DNA of 64,000 nt. Origin: Balanoglossus misakiensis. Taxonomy: Eukaryota > Animalia > Hemichordata. The stretch is from NCBI GenBank assembly GCA_040954595.2, contig CM082586.2, forward strand, positions 10,633,337 through 10,697,336, in the 5' to 3' direction. A program made the position numbers and the translations under genes. Below, in pieces: positions 13,143-25,045 of this stretch. The stretch's first letter is position 1. Each line of letters opens with the position of its first letter. Below the pieces are notes generated by a model. That model saw only the letters and a list, made by a program, of their open reading frames with translations, was not told where the DNA came from and searched no databases.

Positions 13143-14745
13143 GTAGTCATGCAGAATTAATTTTATGTGTTCTAAATAATTATTTTAGCTTATCTTTGTT
13201 GGAAATAATTTTGCCAACATCTCGAATTATTTTTACGTGTAGACTCGAATTAATTTCAGGTGTAGTGTCGAATTAATATCACGTGTTTTGTCGAATTAAT
13301 TTCACGTGTTGTGTCGAATTAATTTTACATTGTGTCAAATTAATATTGCCCCCACAATCCTTTGCGCTTAAATCAAGATGGCGGCGGCTGAGCATGTCTT
13401 TCTCGCCGCATAAAGTTCGAAAAAGGGGCCGTTGTACAAGTTGTGAGACGTTTTGGGGGGAATTCAATGTTTTTAATTATTTTTTGTAGTCATGCAGAAT
13501 TAATTTTATGTGTTCTAAATAATTATTTTAGCTTATCTTTGTTAGAAATAATTTTGCCAACATATCGAATTCTTTTTACGTGTAGACTTGAATTAATTAC
13601 AGGTGTAGTGTCGAATTAATATCATCTTTTACAAGATAGATAGGTGATGTGTTTTGCTCTGTGAAAGAAAATGGAGGGGGAGGGTGTTTAAAATTTTGGC
13701 AGTTCGGAAGGGGGATTTGTAAATATTTCGGGTTGTGTCGGGGGGAGGGGGGGGGCATGTGAAAATTAGCGGTAAAATTTTTTAATTCTCTCGCCCACCC
13801 CCCCCCCCCCCCACCCTCCAATGGTGTTTGTGAATGCAGCCTACAGAGGAGGTGGAGACTTCGGGGTCTGCCCCTTTACTATCTATGCCCCACACCCTAT
13901 CTTATCAGTTGTAAATCTAGAATGCAAGCTATCATTAAATATGGTTATGTAGAGAGAGACTTTGTCTTTTTAATTTAAATTTATTTAAACAAAACTTGAG
14001 TTTACAAGGAAATTTTAAGGAATATTTTATTCGCCGTTTCCTGGGATCTGGGCCCTACAGCTATTTCTTAGTTCTGAAAATAACAAATTAACACAATTTT
14101 TGTATGTTCAGATGTCAAAATTTATTCAATCAAGGCGAATTGGCAACGCGGGGCAACAGCTTGCTCTGTGTACAGGTCTGTGTGTTCCCGCCATGACACG
14201 GCCTCCACGCCAAGAACACTGTACGCAGAGCTGGGCTATACCATAGCAAGGCTGGCGATTACACCAACTGGTAGTGGTTTTGAGTGGTTTGACTAGAAAA
14301 TTCTGTCTGTAGACCAAAACTCGTGGACCGATCGCCGTTTTCGAGCACACTGCATTTATATTGGACAGCAAATCGCCCCAAAACGTTTCACAACTTGTAC
14401 AACGGCCCCTTTTTTAACTTTATGCGGCGAGAAAGACATGCTCAGCCGCCGCCATCTTGATTTACGCGCAAAGGATTGTAAGGGCAATATTATTTGACAA
14501 CGTGAAATTAATTCGACACAACACGTGAAATTAATTCGAGTCTACACATAAAAATAATTCGAGATGTTGGCAGAATTATTTCTAACAAAGATAAGCTAAA
14601 ATAATTATTTAGAACACATAAAATTAATTCTGCATGACTACAAAAAAATAATTAAAGCACATAAAAAATAATTCTATATACTGGTAAAATTAATTCTAAC
14701 ATGTTTTATTAATAAACTACAATTTTGACCAGAACGGGCCCTCAT
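13143..14745. mobile_element. Foldback/MITE-like element(s): long inverted repeat with ~23-bp internal sub-repeats
   Basis: 13143-13460 is the reverse complement of ~14376-14641 (e.g. AAATCAAGATGGCGGCGGCTGAGCATGTCTTTCTCGCCGCATAAAGTT and its RC). 13487-13625 is a direct partial copy. Sub-repeats of the form TCGAATTAATTTCACGTG occur. Confidence 0.75.
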
Positions 14746-15857
14746 AGATACCGGTAGTACATGTAACTTTGGGTGTTTTTCTCAATGTTTATAATGTGTT
14801 TTGATTGCCTGTTCTACTTGTTTCTGAACATAGTTAAAGCTTCATTAGCTGTAACTTTTCACTTTGTTTTCAGTATTTTTGTTTTAAGTATTTACTGCAG
14901 TGTCTTCTTCAGATCCCTGAATCATGATGAAATATAGGTGTGTCTGTTCAGTATTGTTATTGTGAATTTGAATTCAAGTCTGGACTAGAATTCATTTCAA
15001 TAGCCGTTACACACATACAGGTTATGCTGACAAGTGGAGTTCTGTGTAGAGCATGTGTAACAGTTAATGTCCCTTTAAATATCACATACATACATCTGTC
15101 TAGTTTTGTACATGCAACTCACACGTATGTTATATTTATTGATTGACTGTCAAATATCATCCTGTTGTTTGATTAAATGTAAATGTTGTATGTTGTAGAA
15201 TAGAAAGCACAATTCTTCTAGTTCCATAGATATCAGTGCTCATTTTAAAGCTGAAAGTGACATTTTCAACACTAAATGCAAGGAAATGTAACTAAATATT
15301 TTAATTTTGCAGTCAAAATGCAACACAGTCAGCTCCGAACTGCATTTAAAATCCAAACACATGGTGTTATATTCTTGGTAATAAGCAAAGATCTGTATCC
15401 TATCCACAAAGTATATATCATACACACAGTATTATCTTAATAACTATAATACAGCTATGAAATTGCTAGAAACATTGTAATATTTGGATGAATTTAAAGA
15501 AAAATAATTATATTTATATTAACAGTATGTAAAAGTTACGAAGATTTAGCGTTGAATGATGTTGTGATGTCTGTAAGAGCTGTTCCAATACAAGGTGAAC
15601 GAATTTCAAAACCTTTTGTTCAATCAACCTTTCTACTGACCTGTGATTCCAAAAGTTATTGAAATATCATTACACATTTACCTGTATATAGTGCAGACTA
15701 TAAATAGAGCACACTCTGGAAAGGAGTTATGTAATTAATATCTCTATCATGTGAGTGACATCATTTTAAGGGCCACTGACCACCCCACCTGTGACAATTT
15801 GCTAGGGGGTGCGAACATCTCAACAGGAGGTGAATCCCTCCATGCCATGTCTGGGTA

Positions 15858-15892
<35 letters not shown>

Positions 15893-15955
15893 CTTTCATT
15901 CATTCATTCAGTGAGTCAGTCAGTTAGTCAGTCAGTCAGTCCGTCAGTCAGTCAT
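15858..15955. repeat. Compound tetranucleotide microsatellite (GATT)n(TTCA)n(GTCA)n
   Basis: Directly visible. Confidence 0.95.
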
Positions 15956-16276
15956 ATTAATTAATTCATTAAGGCATATAAACGATATAGCTAGCCTATT
16001 GTGATAGGAATGGGCTAACACCCTTGTCATATAAACTTTGGCGAAGCGATGCCAAGCTCAGCTAAGGTAGATGGGAGGGACCTGAATCACATGTGCCCAT
16101 CATAATGAAAGCTGCCAACCCTCTTAGAATGATACTACGGCCTATACGTTGATCACCTGATCGCATCGCCCTGTCACACTTGGCTATGGGCTACTGTTCA
16201 TGTATGATAAAGGGGTTATTACACTAAGTTTGGTCGATAACGTGACGCATCCTCGTGATGTCCATAATATGGACAT

Positions 16277-16545
16277 CCCTTACGAAAAAAGGGCCTGCTG
16301 CAAACTCCTCCCGCAAATCTGCAGCAGGATTCTGCGAACTCACTGCAAACTGCTGCTGCAAAGTGGCAAACAGTCCTGATTTTACCATGCAAATTAGGGG
16401 ACTTGCAAATTTGTTGCAAACTTCCAGCAACAAGATTTTGAATACTGCAGTGAGTTCACAGGAATTTGAATACTGCAGTGAGTTCACAGCAATCAAGATT
16501 GCCACCTTGAAAATTTGAACATTGCAGTGAGTTTGCAGCAAGACA
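16277..16545. mobile_element. Probable terminus of a nested DNA transposon (CCCTTACGAAAAAA end, CTGCAG-rich subterminal repeats)
   Basis: The terminus-like sequence is followed by repeated ACTGCAGTGAGTTCACAG/TGCAAA motifs. No partner end was found. An EnSpm/CACTA-like assignment is tentative. Confidence 0.4.
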
Positions 16546-16689
16546 ATTAACTAGGGGTACCATTGAACCACCCACCCCCACCCCCCATAAAACCTCAGAG
16601 ACAAGCAAACTATAATTAACAGTTTTTATTTAAAAAAAAATCTATTTTAATCACAGGGTTAAGAAATCTAAAAAATCAACATGGTAAAA

Positions 16690-16920
16690 CTACACACTAC
16701 AAAAATTGGTTTTCAAAAAATAAAAAAGCTACACTACAAATATAAACACCACAACTTGCTCCTCTGCAAAAAATGTTTTTCCAATATAAAAAACTACACT
16801 ACAAACAACTTGCTACTCTAATTTTTTTTCAATATAAAAAAAACTACACTACAAACTTGCTACTCTACAATTTTTTTCCAATATAAAAAACTACACTACA
16901 AACTTCCTACTCTACTACAC
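16690..16920. repeat. Short degenerate minisatellite (~45 bp, AAAACTACACTACAAACTTGCTACTCTA)
   Basis: 4-5 visible copies. Confidence 0.75.
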
Positions 16921-17655
16921 TCTGTTTTTATTTAAGACAGCCCGTTTGCATGTGGCGCATTTCGCGTTGAATGCATGGATCAGCTCTTTTGTTGACATCT
17001 TCAGTTTGTTGACACCAAATACTGAAAAAGAGAAGAATAAACACATATCAGTTACACCATGCAGTAATAAGGAGAAGATTGCCAAGCATAATTGTTACAT
17101 ATGCAGTTGCCCAATACGAGTAATTTCCACCAACCGGAAGTCACACAATTCAACTAAAATTCAGGAAAAAAACTTAATATCATTCAGGTACAAAAACTGT
17201 TGACCTAACTGATAAATTTCATCGAGTGTATTTGTAGTAGATGGTCAGAACAAATAAAATGAAATGTATAAGGATGAGATGCACCTTTATAATGATATTT
17301 ATTTTGAATCCAGTGAATATGGGATAGCCAATCAAAGAATTTCACTCCAGGGACATGCAAAAAATGTCATTATCATAGAATACAATCATTTCGACATTTT
17401 AAAGAAACCTTTTACTTACAAGTCAGTGCCGTTACAACATGCTGGTAGGGTGTTCCAATAAATGCGCTGGTATTCTTCCCGCTCAGTTGTTCGGGTTTTA
17501 AACAACCCATCCATCAGCTTTTTTATGACGTAAGATGGCGGCTTGTTCTTGCATCTACCTAAAGTTATGCTCAACCAGGCAGATGGAATCGCTACGTTGG
17601 AGTTGGAAAGCCGTTCATATTGCAGTGGCAGAGGCTCGCCCTCGTCTAGAATCAC
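16915..17655 (-). pseudogene. Spliced BEN-domain-like gene fragment (exons 17655-17420 and 17021-16915), frameshifted
   Basis: AG/GT borders are canonical. Removing one A in the TTTAAAA run gives ..IPSAWLSITLGRCKNKPPSYVIKKLMDGLFKPEQLSGKNT..HVVTALT|LFGVNKLKMSTKELIHAFNAKCATCKRAV..* with a compatible phase-1 junction. LM..LF..E.L and N.KC...R resemble the BEN domain pattern. Confidence 0.65.
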
Positions 17656-18652
17656 CTGATTGAAATTAAAAAGAGTACCAATAATTATTACATTGGTGTG
17701 AAAGTCATTTAGTACTCACAAAATTCAATCCCCACTTACTTACAAAGAGAAGGCTAAATGATTGCATTCAGAATAAACATGACCTATGTCAACAAATTCA
17801 TTGAGAAAAAAAAATGTTTCCCTGTTAAAAGCAACAAATTTACATAATTAAACTGTGTATTAAAATGCAAGCATGGGATAACATGAGGTACTAAAGAGAA
17901 GGGGTGTATTATGCATGTATATACTGACGTGGACTGGGGGGATGCAGAAGTGTGAGCGATGGCGTGCTTACATGAAGAACTGACACTTACATAGTTTGCC
18001 CTGGGAATGATTTACCCTCGTTTGGGCGTGTAATGACTATCCTCAGAGAAGCCTTTTGATGCACAGGTGTGTACACAGCACTGGCGTGTTTTCTCAGCTT
18101 CTGCAAAATAATAGTAACAAATTGAGTCGCACAAATGCACCCACTATTTCTTGCTATTTCATATTTCATTCAAATGTCTGCAACAACATATACTGTGCAC
18201 ATAACAGCCCCCCCCCCCCCCCCCCCATGCACTGTTCCAATTACAAGACCTACCCCAATTCTTACTGGCACCATGGACTTATACCACTTATACAATGATG
18301 CAACAGGCTTATCTTTTTATAGACACCTGACATTAGAAAGACCTTGTATGTATACCACTCTATTCTGACAAAAATGCAAGTTAATCAACATCACATATAA
18401 AATAATATAATATGAATAGAATAAAACCGATTCACAAAATATCAAATAGCTACTTGTTAGGCATTTGATTTTAAGTTGGATGGTGTTTGTGTATTGCAGA
18501 GGGATGTTTGTGTGCAGTAATCACGCTGTACATACCATGCAAGTTTGGCATACTATCACTCAAATATGACGCGTTATCGACCAAACTTAGTGTAATAACC
18601 CTTAAGTAACACCCTCTTATTTTAAAGAAAACTCATTATTGAAGCCCATTAA

Positions 18653-18737
18653 CCCTTTCACAACCAAGGTTCAGTCTAAACCCATTGTTATCTATGAAAA
18701 GGTTCGACCTGTATAGAAGGAACTGGGGGTGAAAGGG
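18653..18737. mobile_element. piggyBac-like MITE (85 bp)
   Basis: TTAA|CCCTTTCAC...GTGAAAGGG|TTAA. A partial related copy lies at ~39720-39795. Confidence 0.8.
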
Positions 18738-19148
18738 TTAAAGGGACAAAGTCTCAGTTTTGTCCTTTGACTCACTGGCTTTTATTAGAGGTTCCTACCT
18801 TTAAATGTTTCATAAAATGTTTAATCAAATCTGTCTACAATCAGAGTAGACATTGTTTACATACACCTTTTGTTAAATAATTGTACTGTGTTGTATTTCA
18901 GATTTTTGTCAGGAGCAGGTGAGAAATACGGTATGATTTCTGAAGGTCTGAGTACTGCATTGCAGTTATTTGACGATATGAAGACTTTGCGATTTTCAAG
19001 GTAATTATGGTAAAATTGTGAGGTTAAAAACCATTCTCTAATTATGGGCCCCACTTTTTGAGGTGGTTTATCTGTTTATGTAAAGCTCACCATGTCAACC
19101 AGGAAATGATTCGATACCGACAGTGGAGTACAACTGATGTGCGAAGTA

Positions 19149-19674
19149 CATTGAAACCTGCCAAGTAAGGGCACCTCTGGGATCACACAACATGTCCTTT
19201 AAGGGATACAGGCTCTCTCTCTCGCTCGCTGCCCCTTATTCCATTAATTATATTTGATACAAGACACCATTTATGTTTTTTCTACATGTGGATATATGGT
19301 GAATCAATATTCAACCACACACAAAGTCCATCCTGCTTGTGGACATGAGAGTGAAAAAAATCGCCAAAATGAATAATCAGTCTCTACCATTTATTCGTTT
19401 TGGGTGAGTTTTTACTCCCATATCATACACGCGGGATGGAAGTTGTGTATGGTTGAATGTTCATTCACTACATATACACATGTACATTAACATAAACAGT
19501 GTCTTGTATCAAACATTATTAATGGAAAAAAGGGCAGCGAGAGAGAGACTTTGTCCCTTTAAAAGAGAGGTGTTCTTAAAAGAAATGTGCATGTAATATT
19601 CTATTCAAGCCATTACTTTTGTCTTGAACAATCTGTCCTGATTAGAGAGATGTCTGTATTGACAGGTTTCACTG
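19149..19674. mobile_element. Tc1/mariner-type MITE (TA TSD) carrying a nested palindromic MITE
   Basis: TA|CATTGAAACCTG...CAGGTTTCACTG|TA. Confidence 0.7.
19202..19558. mobile_element. Palindromic MITE at a TTAA site (Kolobok-like)
   Basis: The two halves are inverted copies (CTCGCTGCCC..TTCCATTAAT..TTTGATACAAGACAC vs GTGTCTTGTATCAAA..ATTAATGGAA..GGGCAGCGAG). Ends read TTAAGGGA..TCCCTTTAA. Confidence 0.75.
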
Positions 19675-20697
19675 TATTATCAACATTTTCAGTTTCATAA
19701 TCCTTCTGTGTTTGCCAGAGAATTTTGACAGCAGTCAAAAGCTTTCTCTGCCATACCCATAATAAAAGAAAGCTTGCACCTGTGTTTTACTGTTTTCAAA
19801 GGGGAAATCCGGTCCAGCTGATTTTCTACATAATTTGGTAGCTTTGAGGTCACTCTTTCAGAAAAAAAAACATATTCGTCAAGTATAAGTCGTCAGGTAT
19901 TTTACAAAATCGAGGGAAAGTTGGCAGAATTTATAATATGGCCTTAACTGTAATTTGAATCATGGGAAAAAAAGCGCCAGGACCAACTTCCATCCACCTT
20001 GGTGTGGGTGATACCATTTTCCAATGGGTGTAACTGCGTGACGGCTTGGGTATCTGTTGCTGAGCAAATATTTGAAATCATACAATCCAGATTCTAAAGT
20101 TCACAGGACAAATATACAACATGTTTACATGGCCATTTACAACCAATTCATCCTATTGTGGTGATGTACAAAACCTTTTTTGTGGTTTGTTAAAGTTTTC
20201 ATTACTCTAAATGGGTACTTCCATAAAATGGTAGTAATATATTTATTAATATTTATTACACATCACATATTATTATTCGCTCTGGCTTTTTTGTCAAATT
20301 TTCAAATAAAAAAGGCAGTTATAACTTTGATGGGACCAAGAAAAGATTTTGCCATAGGATATCAAAAGGACACTTTCATTGTTTTTATGAACTGTTGTTT
20401 TTCTGTTCTATAAAAGATGCAAATTGTTCTACTCCATTTTTGGGTCAAAAAATATTTTCATCAGATTGGTTTGAGGGTTAGATGTTGTAGCTAATAGTGT
20501 AAAGGCCATGATTGTTTTTGTTCACAAATATATTCAATTACAATGTATCATTATTATGCAGTTTTACCAATGTTGAGAGGCTTTCCTTGTCAACTGGCCT
20601 GTGTGTATGCATCAAATCCTTCATGTAAAAGGTCAAAGCAGAAAGTATTTCTAACAATGATTAGACTAAAGCAGGAGACTTTTGAGGAGAGTTTGAG

Positions 20698-20870
20698 GAG
20701 ACATCATGGCCTTGTGGTGAGGGCACAGGGTTGTGGGTTCAAGAACCAGACCTGGACATGGCCGTGGGTTTTGAGGATGGTGACTTCATGACCGCGATAT
20801 TGTGCCCTTGAGCGCAGCACTTTACCTCTCATTGTTTTGGAGGAACTGGCTTTGTATACTAGTGATCTGC
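20698..20870 (+). mobile_element. Degenerate tRNA-derived SINE
   Basis: A-box-like TGGCCTTGTGG and B-box-like GGTTCAAGAACC, followed by TGTGCCCTTGAGCGCAGCACTTTACC resembling the CORE-type SINE motif. Confidence 0.55.
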
Positions 20871-20929
20871 ACCTGTTCCAGTCATTCTATCCTAGGTAGA
20901 CATATTTTCTTTGTTTGCAATAGATGAAT

Positions 20930-21123
20930 TACTGTCAAACAGGAAATTATTGTGAACTTCGCGAGAACCAAAAAATGCAAATTAAAAGTCACGTAAAAAT
21001 GTTTTTCAGGGATATTGGTGCAGTTAGTGAAATATAAGAAAGCAAAATTTAAGTGTAGCATAACAGTTGTCTCTATTGATATTGCAAACATTTCCTGTCA
21101 CAGAAATTTCCCGTTTTACAGTA
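20930..21123. mobile_element. Short MITE with TACTGT...ACAGTA ends
   Basis: Ends are inverted. A related copy lies at ~43376-43583 (shared AAATTTCC..GTTTTACAGTA end). Confidence 0.55.
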
Positions 21124-21156
21124 TATAAATAAATCAACTAAATATTTTTACTACAG

Positions 21157-21418
21157 GTGCCGCACCAACAAGTCATCTGTCACTTGGACAACCAAGTCAA
21201 ATTGGAAGTCAGTCTCCACAACAACTGTCATCCTCTCAACAGTAATTGACTCAACCAAGTCAGCCCCAGATGCAGGGCCAAGGTCAAAGGTCATCAATGC
21301 CTTTTGGTCAGCCTACCAGTTTACCCAACCAACCAGTATCCGCTGTCACAGCAAACAGGACACAACAACCAAATGTGACTGTTTCATTTATCCCATTGAG
21401 ACAATTTTCATCACCCAG
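21157..21418 (+). pseudogene. Q/P/S-rich exon with in-frame TAA (21243-21245)
   Basis: Acceptor ttttactacag|, donor |gtacag. Reads AAPTSHLSLGQPSQIGSQSPQQLSSSQQ*LTQPSQPQMQGQGQRSS. Its end phase does not match the next exon. Confidence 0.6.
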
Positions 21419-21844
21419 GTACAGTTGTGGTCTACCTTCTACTTTATTATATAATAAAATAGCCGTTTCTAGTTACCCATCCTGTGAATTGAAAGCTTTT
21501 TATGACTGTTTCACATAGCCTTGTCTAACCATTATCTTTACAGTTGACTATTGTTTCAAAACAAATTCAAAACTTCTGTTTTGGTTGCTAGAAACCCACT
21601 CTGTAAATGCTAAGACTTTTTTGGATAATGCCACAGACTCAGTAATCAAATTCAATTTTTAATGTGATTAATGTTGATAAGCCCTAAAACTCAATCCCAT
21701 CCAAATGTGTGTTGAAAATAGGACTTTGAGAGTTGCAAGCTCAACATCGAATCAAAAATTGCAGTCATGAATTAAAAATGGGGTTTTGAATACTGGCCTT
21801 GATAATGCTCCATATTAACTAGGTTTGTTAATCTTTTTGGACAG

Positions 21845-22028
21845 GCAACTTCACCTCCAAAGATGACTTCCCAGCAGGCACCAGCTGCTGCACTGAAAGC
21901 CACAGAGGGTGTCATGCAAATGGCAAATGCTAGTCAGTTCAGTAAGATGCCACCAATTGCTGCTGTGAATTCTATCAACTCACAGCCACAGGAGAGATGG
22001 CCAGGTACAGATTCACAGCCACAAAGAG
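21845..22028 (+). pseudogene. Low-complexity exon, ends phase 1
   Basis: tttttggacag|ATSPPKMTSQQAPAAALK...DSQPQR G|gtaggt. The frame is open and phase-compatible with the following EGF exon. Confidence 0.6.
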
Positions 22029-22035
22029 GTAGGTA

Positions 22036-22368
22036 CAGTCAAACCTGTCTATACTGGCCAGACAGGGGACTTTCCTAACTGGCCTTTATAGAAAGGTGGC
22101 CTCTACAGTCAGGTCATTTAATGTGCAATGTGTAATATATTGCTATATTATTGTGGGCTTATACCAGAGTGATTAGACGACACAGGACATGTGTGTACAA
22201 ACTAGACAGCCATGCTGTTTTTTTATTGCCAACTGCACATGCTCACTCGTTCAGCCTCGTACACTGCAAATTTATACATAACAGTAAATACCAATACCTA
22301 ACACAATGTATATGGACTGTAACAGAGTAGCCACTATATAGAGGTGGCACCTAACACGGGTTTGACTG
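22036..22368. mobile_element. Tc1/mariner-type MITE
   Basis: TA|CAGTCAAACC...GGTTTGACTG|TA, inserted a few bases into the intron. Family members lie at 38886-39070 and 39529-39698. Confidence 0.7.
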
Positions 22369-22618
22369 TAACATCTGTTATGTTGCCATGGCAGTCATTT
22401 ACTGTTAATTTGATTATACAGAGGAAAAAATATTCCAGTTCCCTTTCTTATATCCTCATATCAGTGGCAGAGTACGCCAGTGTCACTGTAAAATTTTGTC
22501 GACATTTTTGCTAAGTTAGCTGTAGTAGCTGTTGGCTATTTTTTCTGTATTTTTAATCCAAGGAATTAAAGTGAATTCAATGCTTGTAAATAATTTCTAA
22601 TTTCTTCTTACCCTCCAG

Positions 22619-22741
22619 ATATGAATGAATGTCACAGTGGTGGATATGCATGTCAACACTATTGTCAGAATACCCATGGTAGTTATCTCTGCACTTGCAG
22701 ACCAGGATTCTATCTGCTGGAGGATGGCCATGCATGTGCCG
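22619..22741 (+). pseudogene. Calcium-binding EGF exon 1 (this exon is intact, phase 1-1)
   Basis: ccctccag|(D)MNECHSGGYACQHYCQNTHGSYLCTCRPGFYLLEDGHACA|gtatgt. It has six Cys and the D-x-N-E-C consensus. Confidence 0.9.
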
Positions 22742-23996
22742 GTATGTAACTGTGGATATTGATATCTTCTGTGGCTACATTGTTTGGGGATTGTATATTG
22801 CTACGGTTACAATCAGCTAAACACACATCCTGTCTGTCCATTGCACACATTTTAAAATTTGAAATCAACCGCACACTCGTACTGAACACATGTTTGTTGA
22901 AATTGTATCTCAGAATTTTTCCAATTATAATTATGCATAATATAAACAAATTAACAAATGTGAAAACTTATCTTTGAAAATTTGTTTGCAAGGGAGAAAA
23001 AGTAATCTGTATTTTAAAAATCAGACAAAGTTTTGCTGACAGGGTACACAAGTTTCAGGGGATTTTGTTAAAATGAGAATGATAGAGAGTGTTAAAATTC
23101 CTAGAAAGGGATCGCCATGGATATTGAGGACTTTGGTGTAAAAACAATTAATTGATCAAGAAATATGTGGTTAAGAATATGTGTCATCAACCCCACACGA
23201 TACTATAAGACTGTCTGATATATTCATGTACAAGTATTTTCACTACTTATTTGCATAATTTAATGAAATTAGCATAAATTATCAACCTATAGCTAAATAA
23301 ATTACCTCTGCAAAGAATAAATATACACTTAGAAAATTCATATAGTTTTCATCTCATTTTAAAGACATTACAAAATGCTTCTCTGAGGGTACAGTAATTT
23401 TTAACGGGTATATTCTTGATAACTCATCACCATGAATGAGCATTTCAAAACTTAACAAGGCCAGTGTACGAAATAAAGCCTGTCCGACAGTCCGAGACTG
23501 GTTGTTTTTCTGTAGGACTGGTAAAAATAAAATGTTACCAGTCCGACAGACAGGTTGAATTTAGCGTGGGAGTTGACTAGTGGTATCATGGCATCTTTTA
23601 GACTTTCCCAGGTTCATGTATTGCAATTAAAAGAAACAATGACTGCTTGATATTTCCTATGAATTTCGAACACTGACAAGGCATATGGCTAAATAGGATT
23701 CAGTGTTTGTGCACCTTCTATCCACAATGCTGGATCTATTGACAGTTTTCAAAGGGGTTTAAAGACTCGTCTTTTTATTCAGCACTATTTCATTCCATTG
23801 CTTTTTTGGTTTATAGGGATTGTCTTTCAGAACTGTTTCTGTTTGTTTGGGGTTTTTAAGTGTAATTTTTTATCCTTTAAGCTTTCACTTGTTTTCTAAT
23901 TTTATTATTTTCTGTAGAAGATGTATGTGTATTACATTTGTTAGGAAATAAATAATAATAAAATAAATAAATAATAATAACTATCTTTGATTTCAG

Positions 23997-24113
23997 ATGT
24001 CAATGAATATATGGAGAGAGCAGATCTTTGTGAAGGCCAGTGTGTGAATACAGCAGGCTCTTTTTATTTCACTTGTGCTGTGGAATATTGATTGGTCAAT
24101 GGAGAGTGTACAG
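23997..24113 (+). pseudogene. cbEGF exon 2, inactivated
   Basis: tttcag|DVNEYMERADLCEGQCVNTAGSFYFTCAVEY*LVNGECT|gtaag. Two Cys are lost and TGA lies at 24089. Confidence 0.85.
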
Positions 24114-24127
24114 GTAAGATCAACACA

Positions 24128-24502
24128 ATATAGAAATAATGCACGACGCCATGACCATTAATGTTTGTTTATGGGCAAGGGCGAGGGGAAAGCCAAAAAT
24201 TCATGGGCGAGGCTTCCGAGCCCATTAATTTTAGCTTAGCTAGAGCCCGAGCCCTGCATTTATTTCCATTACATTACCAACAATCTCAAGAAAACCGTCA
24301 ATATTTCTGAAAATGTCCCACACACAAGACTTGGGGCCCCGGAACTTGTGTTATGCAAAATGTTGTGTTCACTGAACTGTTTGCTAATATTACTATTCAG
24401 ATTTACGGGCATGTAAACAAACCATTACTGGGTATTTGTGGTCAGTGATGTCGTTCATCTTGACCAATTAAAATGCGACGCACAGACCACGGTAATATAA
24501 TA
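24128..24502. mobile_element. Small non-autonomous element with internal inverted repeats
   Basis: GAAATAATGCA/TGCATTTATTTC and ATTACATTACC/GGTAATATAAT inverted pairs, with a central CGAGGC..CCGAG hairpin. Confidence 0.4.
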
Positions 24503-25045
24503 TGTGGGCAACGAAAGGTCCTGTATCTGTAATTTTTGAATTTTTATTCAGTATTATTCTGGTTGTCAACGATCATTTCAGCTCGGTGAAGCTGGGTAAG
24601 CAATGTTGTTATTGTTTAAACATTGTATTCAAGCCTGTGTCTGGACTTGGATGCAATTTGTCAATAATAACAGTGATTGGTAACTGCATGTTTACATAAC
24701 TGGCTATCTGTTAAAGAGACCATTTGCTGTGTGTACAGTACACATGCCATTGGCCGCTTATGGGTCAGCCAGTGTTTGCCTGTTAATCTCTCGATGTGTG
24801 TTATTCTGTCTGTACAGTCAGATCGCACGGTACTCATTAACATATGTTAATGAGGGAAAGTACTTCAAACCATGTAGCTGTTAGAGTGGGCCCCGCTGAA
24901 GGGTCGCAAAATAGGCCATTTTTTACGCGACATTATAGAGCTGATTTCAGGCGAGGAGGACTGTGTACAAAATTGAGTATAGACAACTCAGGTTTTAAAG
25001 GATGTTTCATCATTTCCACTGTGTCAACGTCACTACATCCTTGCT

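Larger units (their letters stand above)
16211..18602. mobile_element. Non-autonomous TIR element, PIF/Harbinger-like
   Basis: GGGTTATTACACTAAGTTTGGTCGATAACG at ~16213 has its reverse complement at ~18572-18601. TAA lies on both flanks (putative 3-bp TSD). GGG-starting TIRs with a TWA TSD are typical of PIF/Harbinger. Confidence 0.75.
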
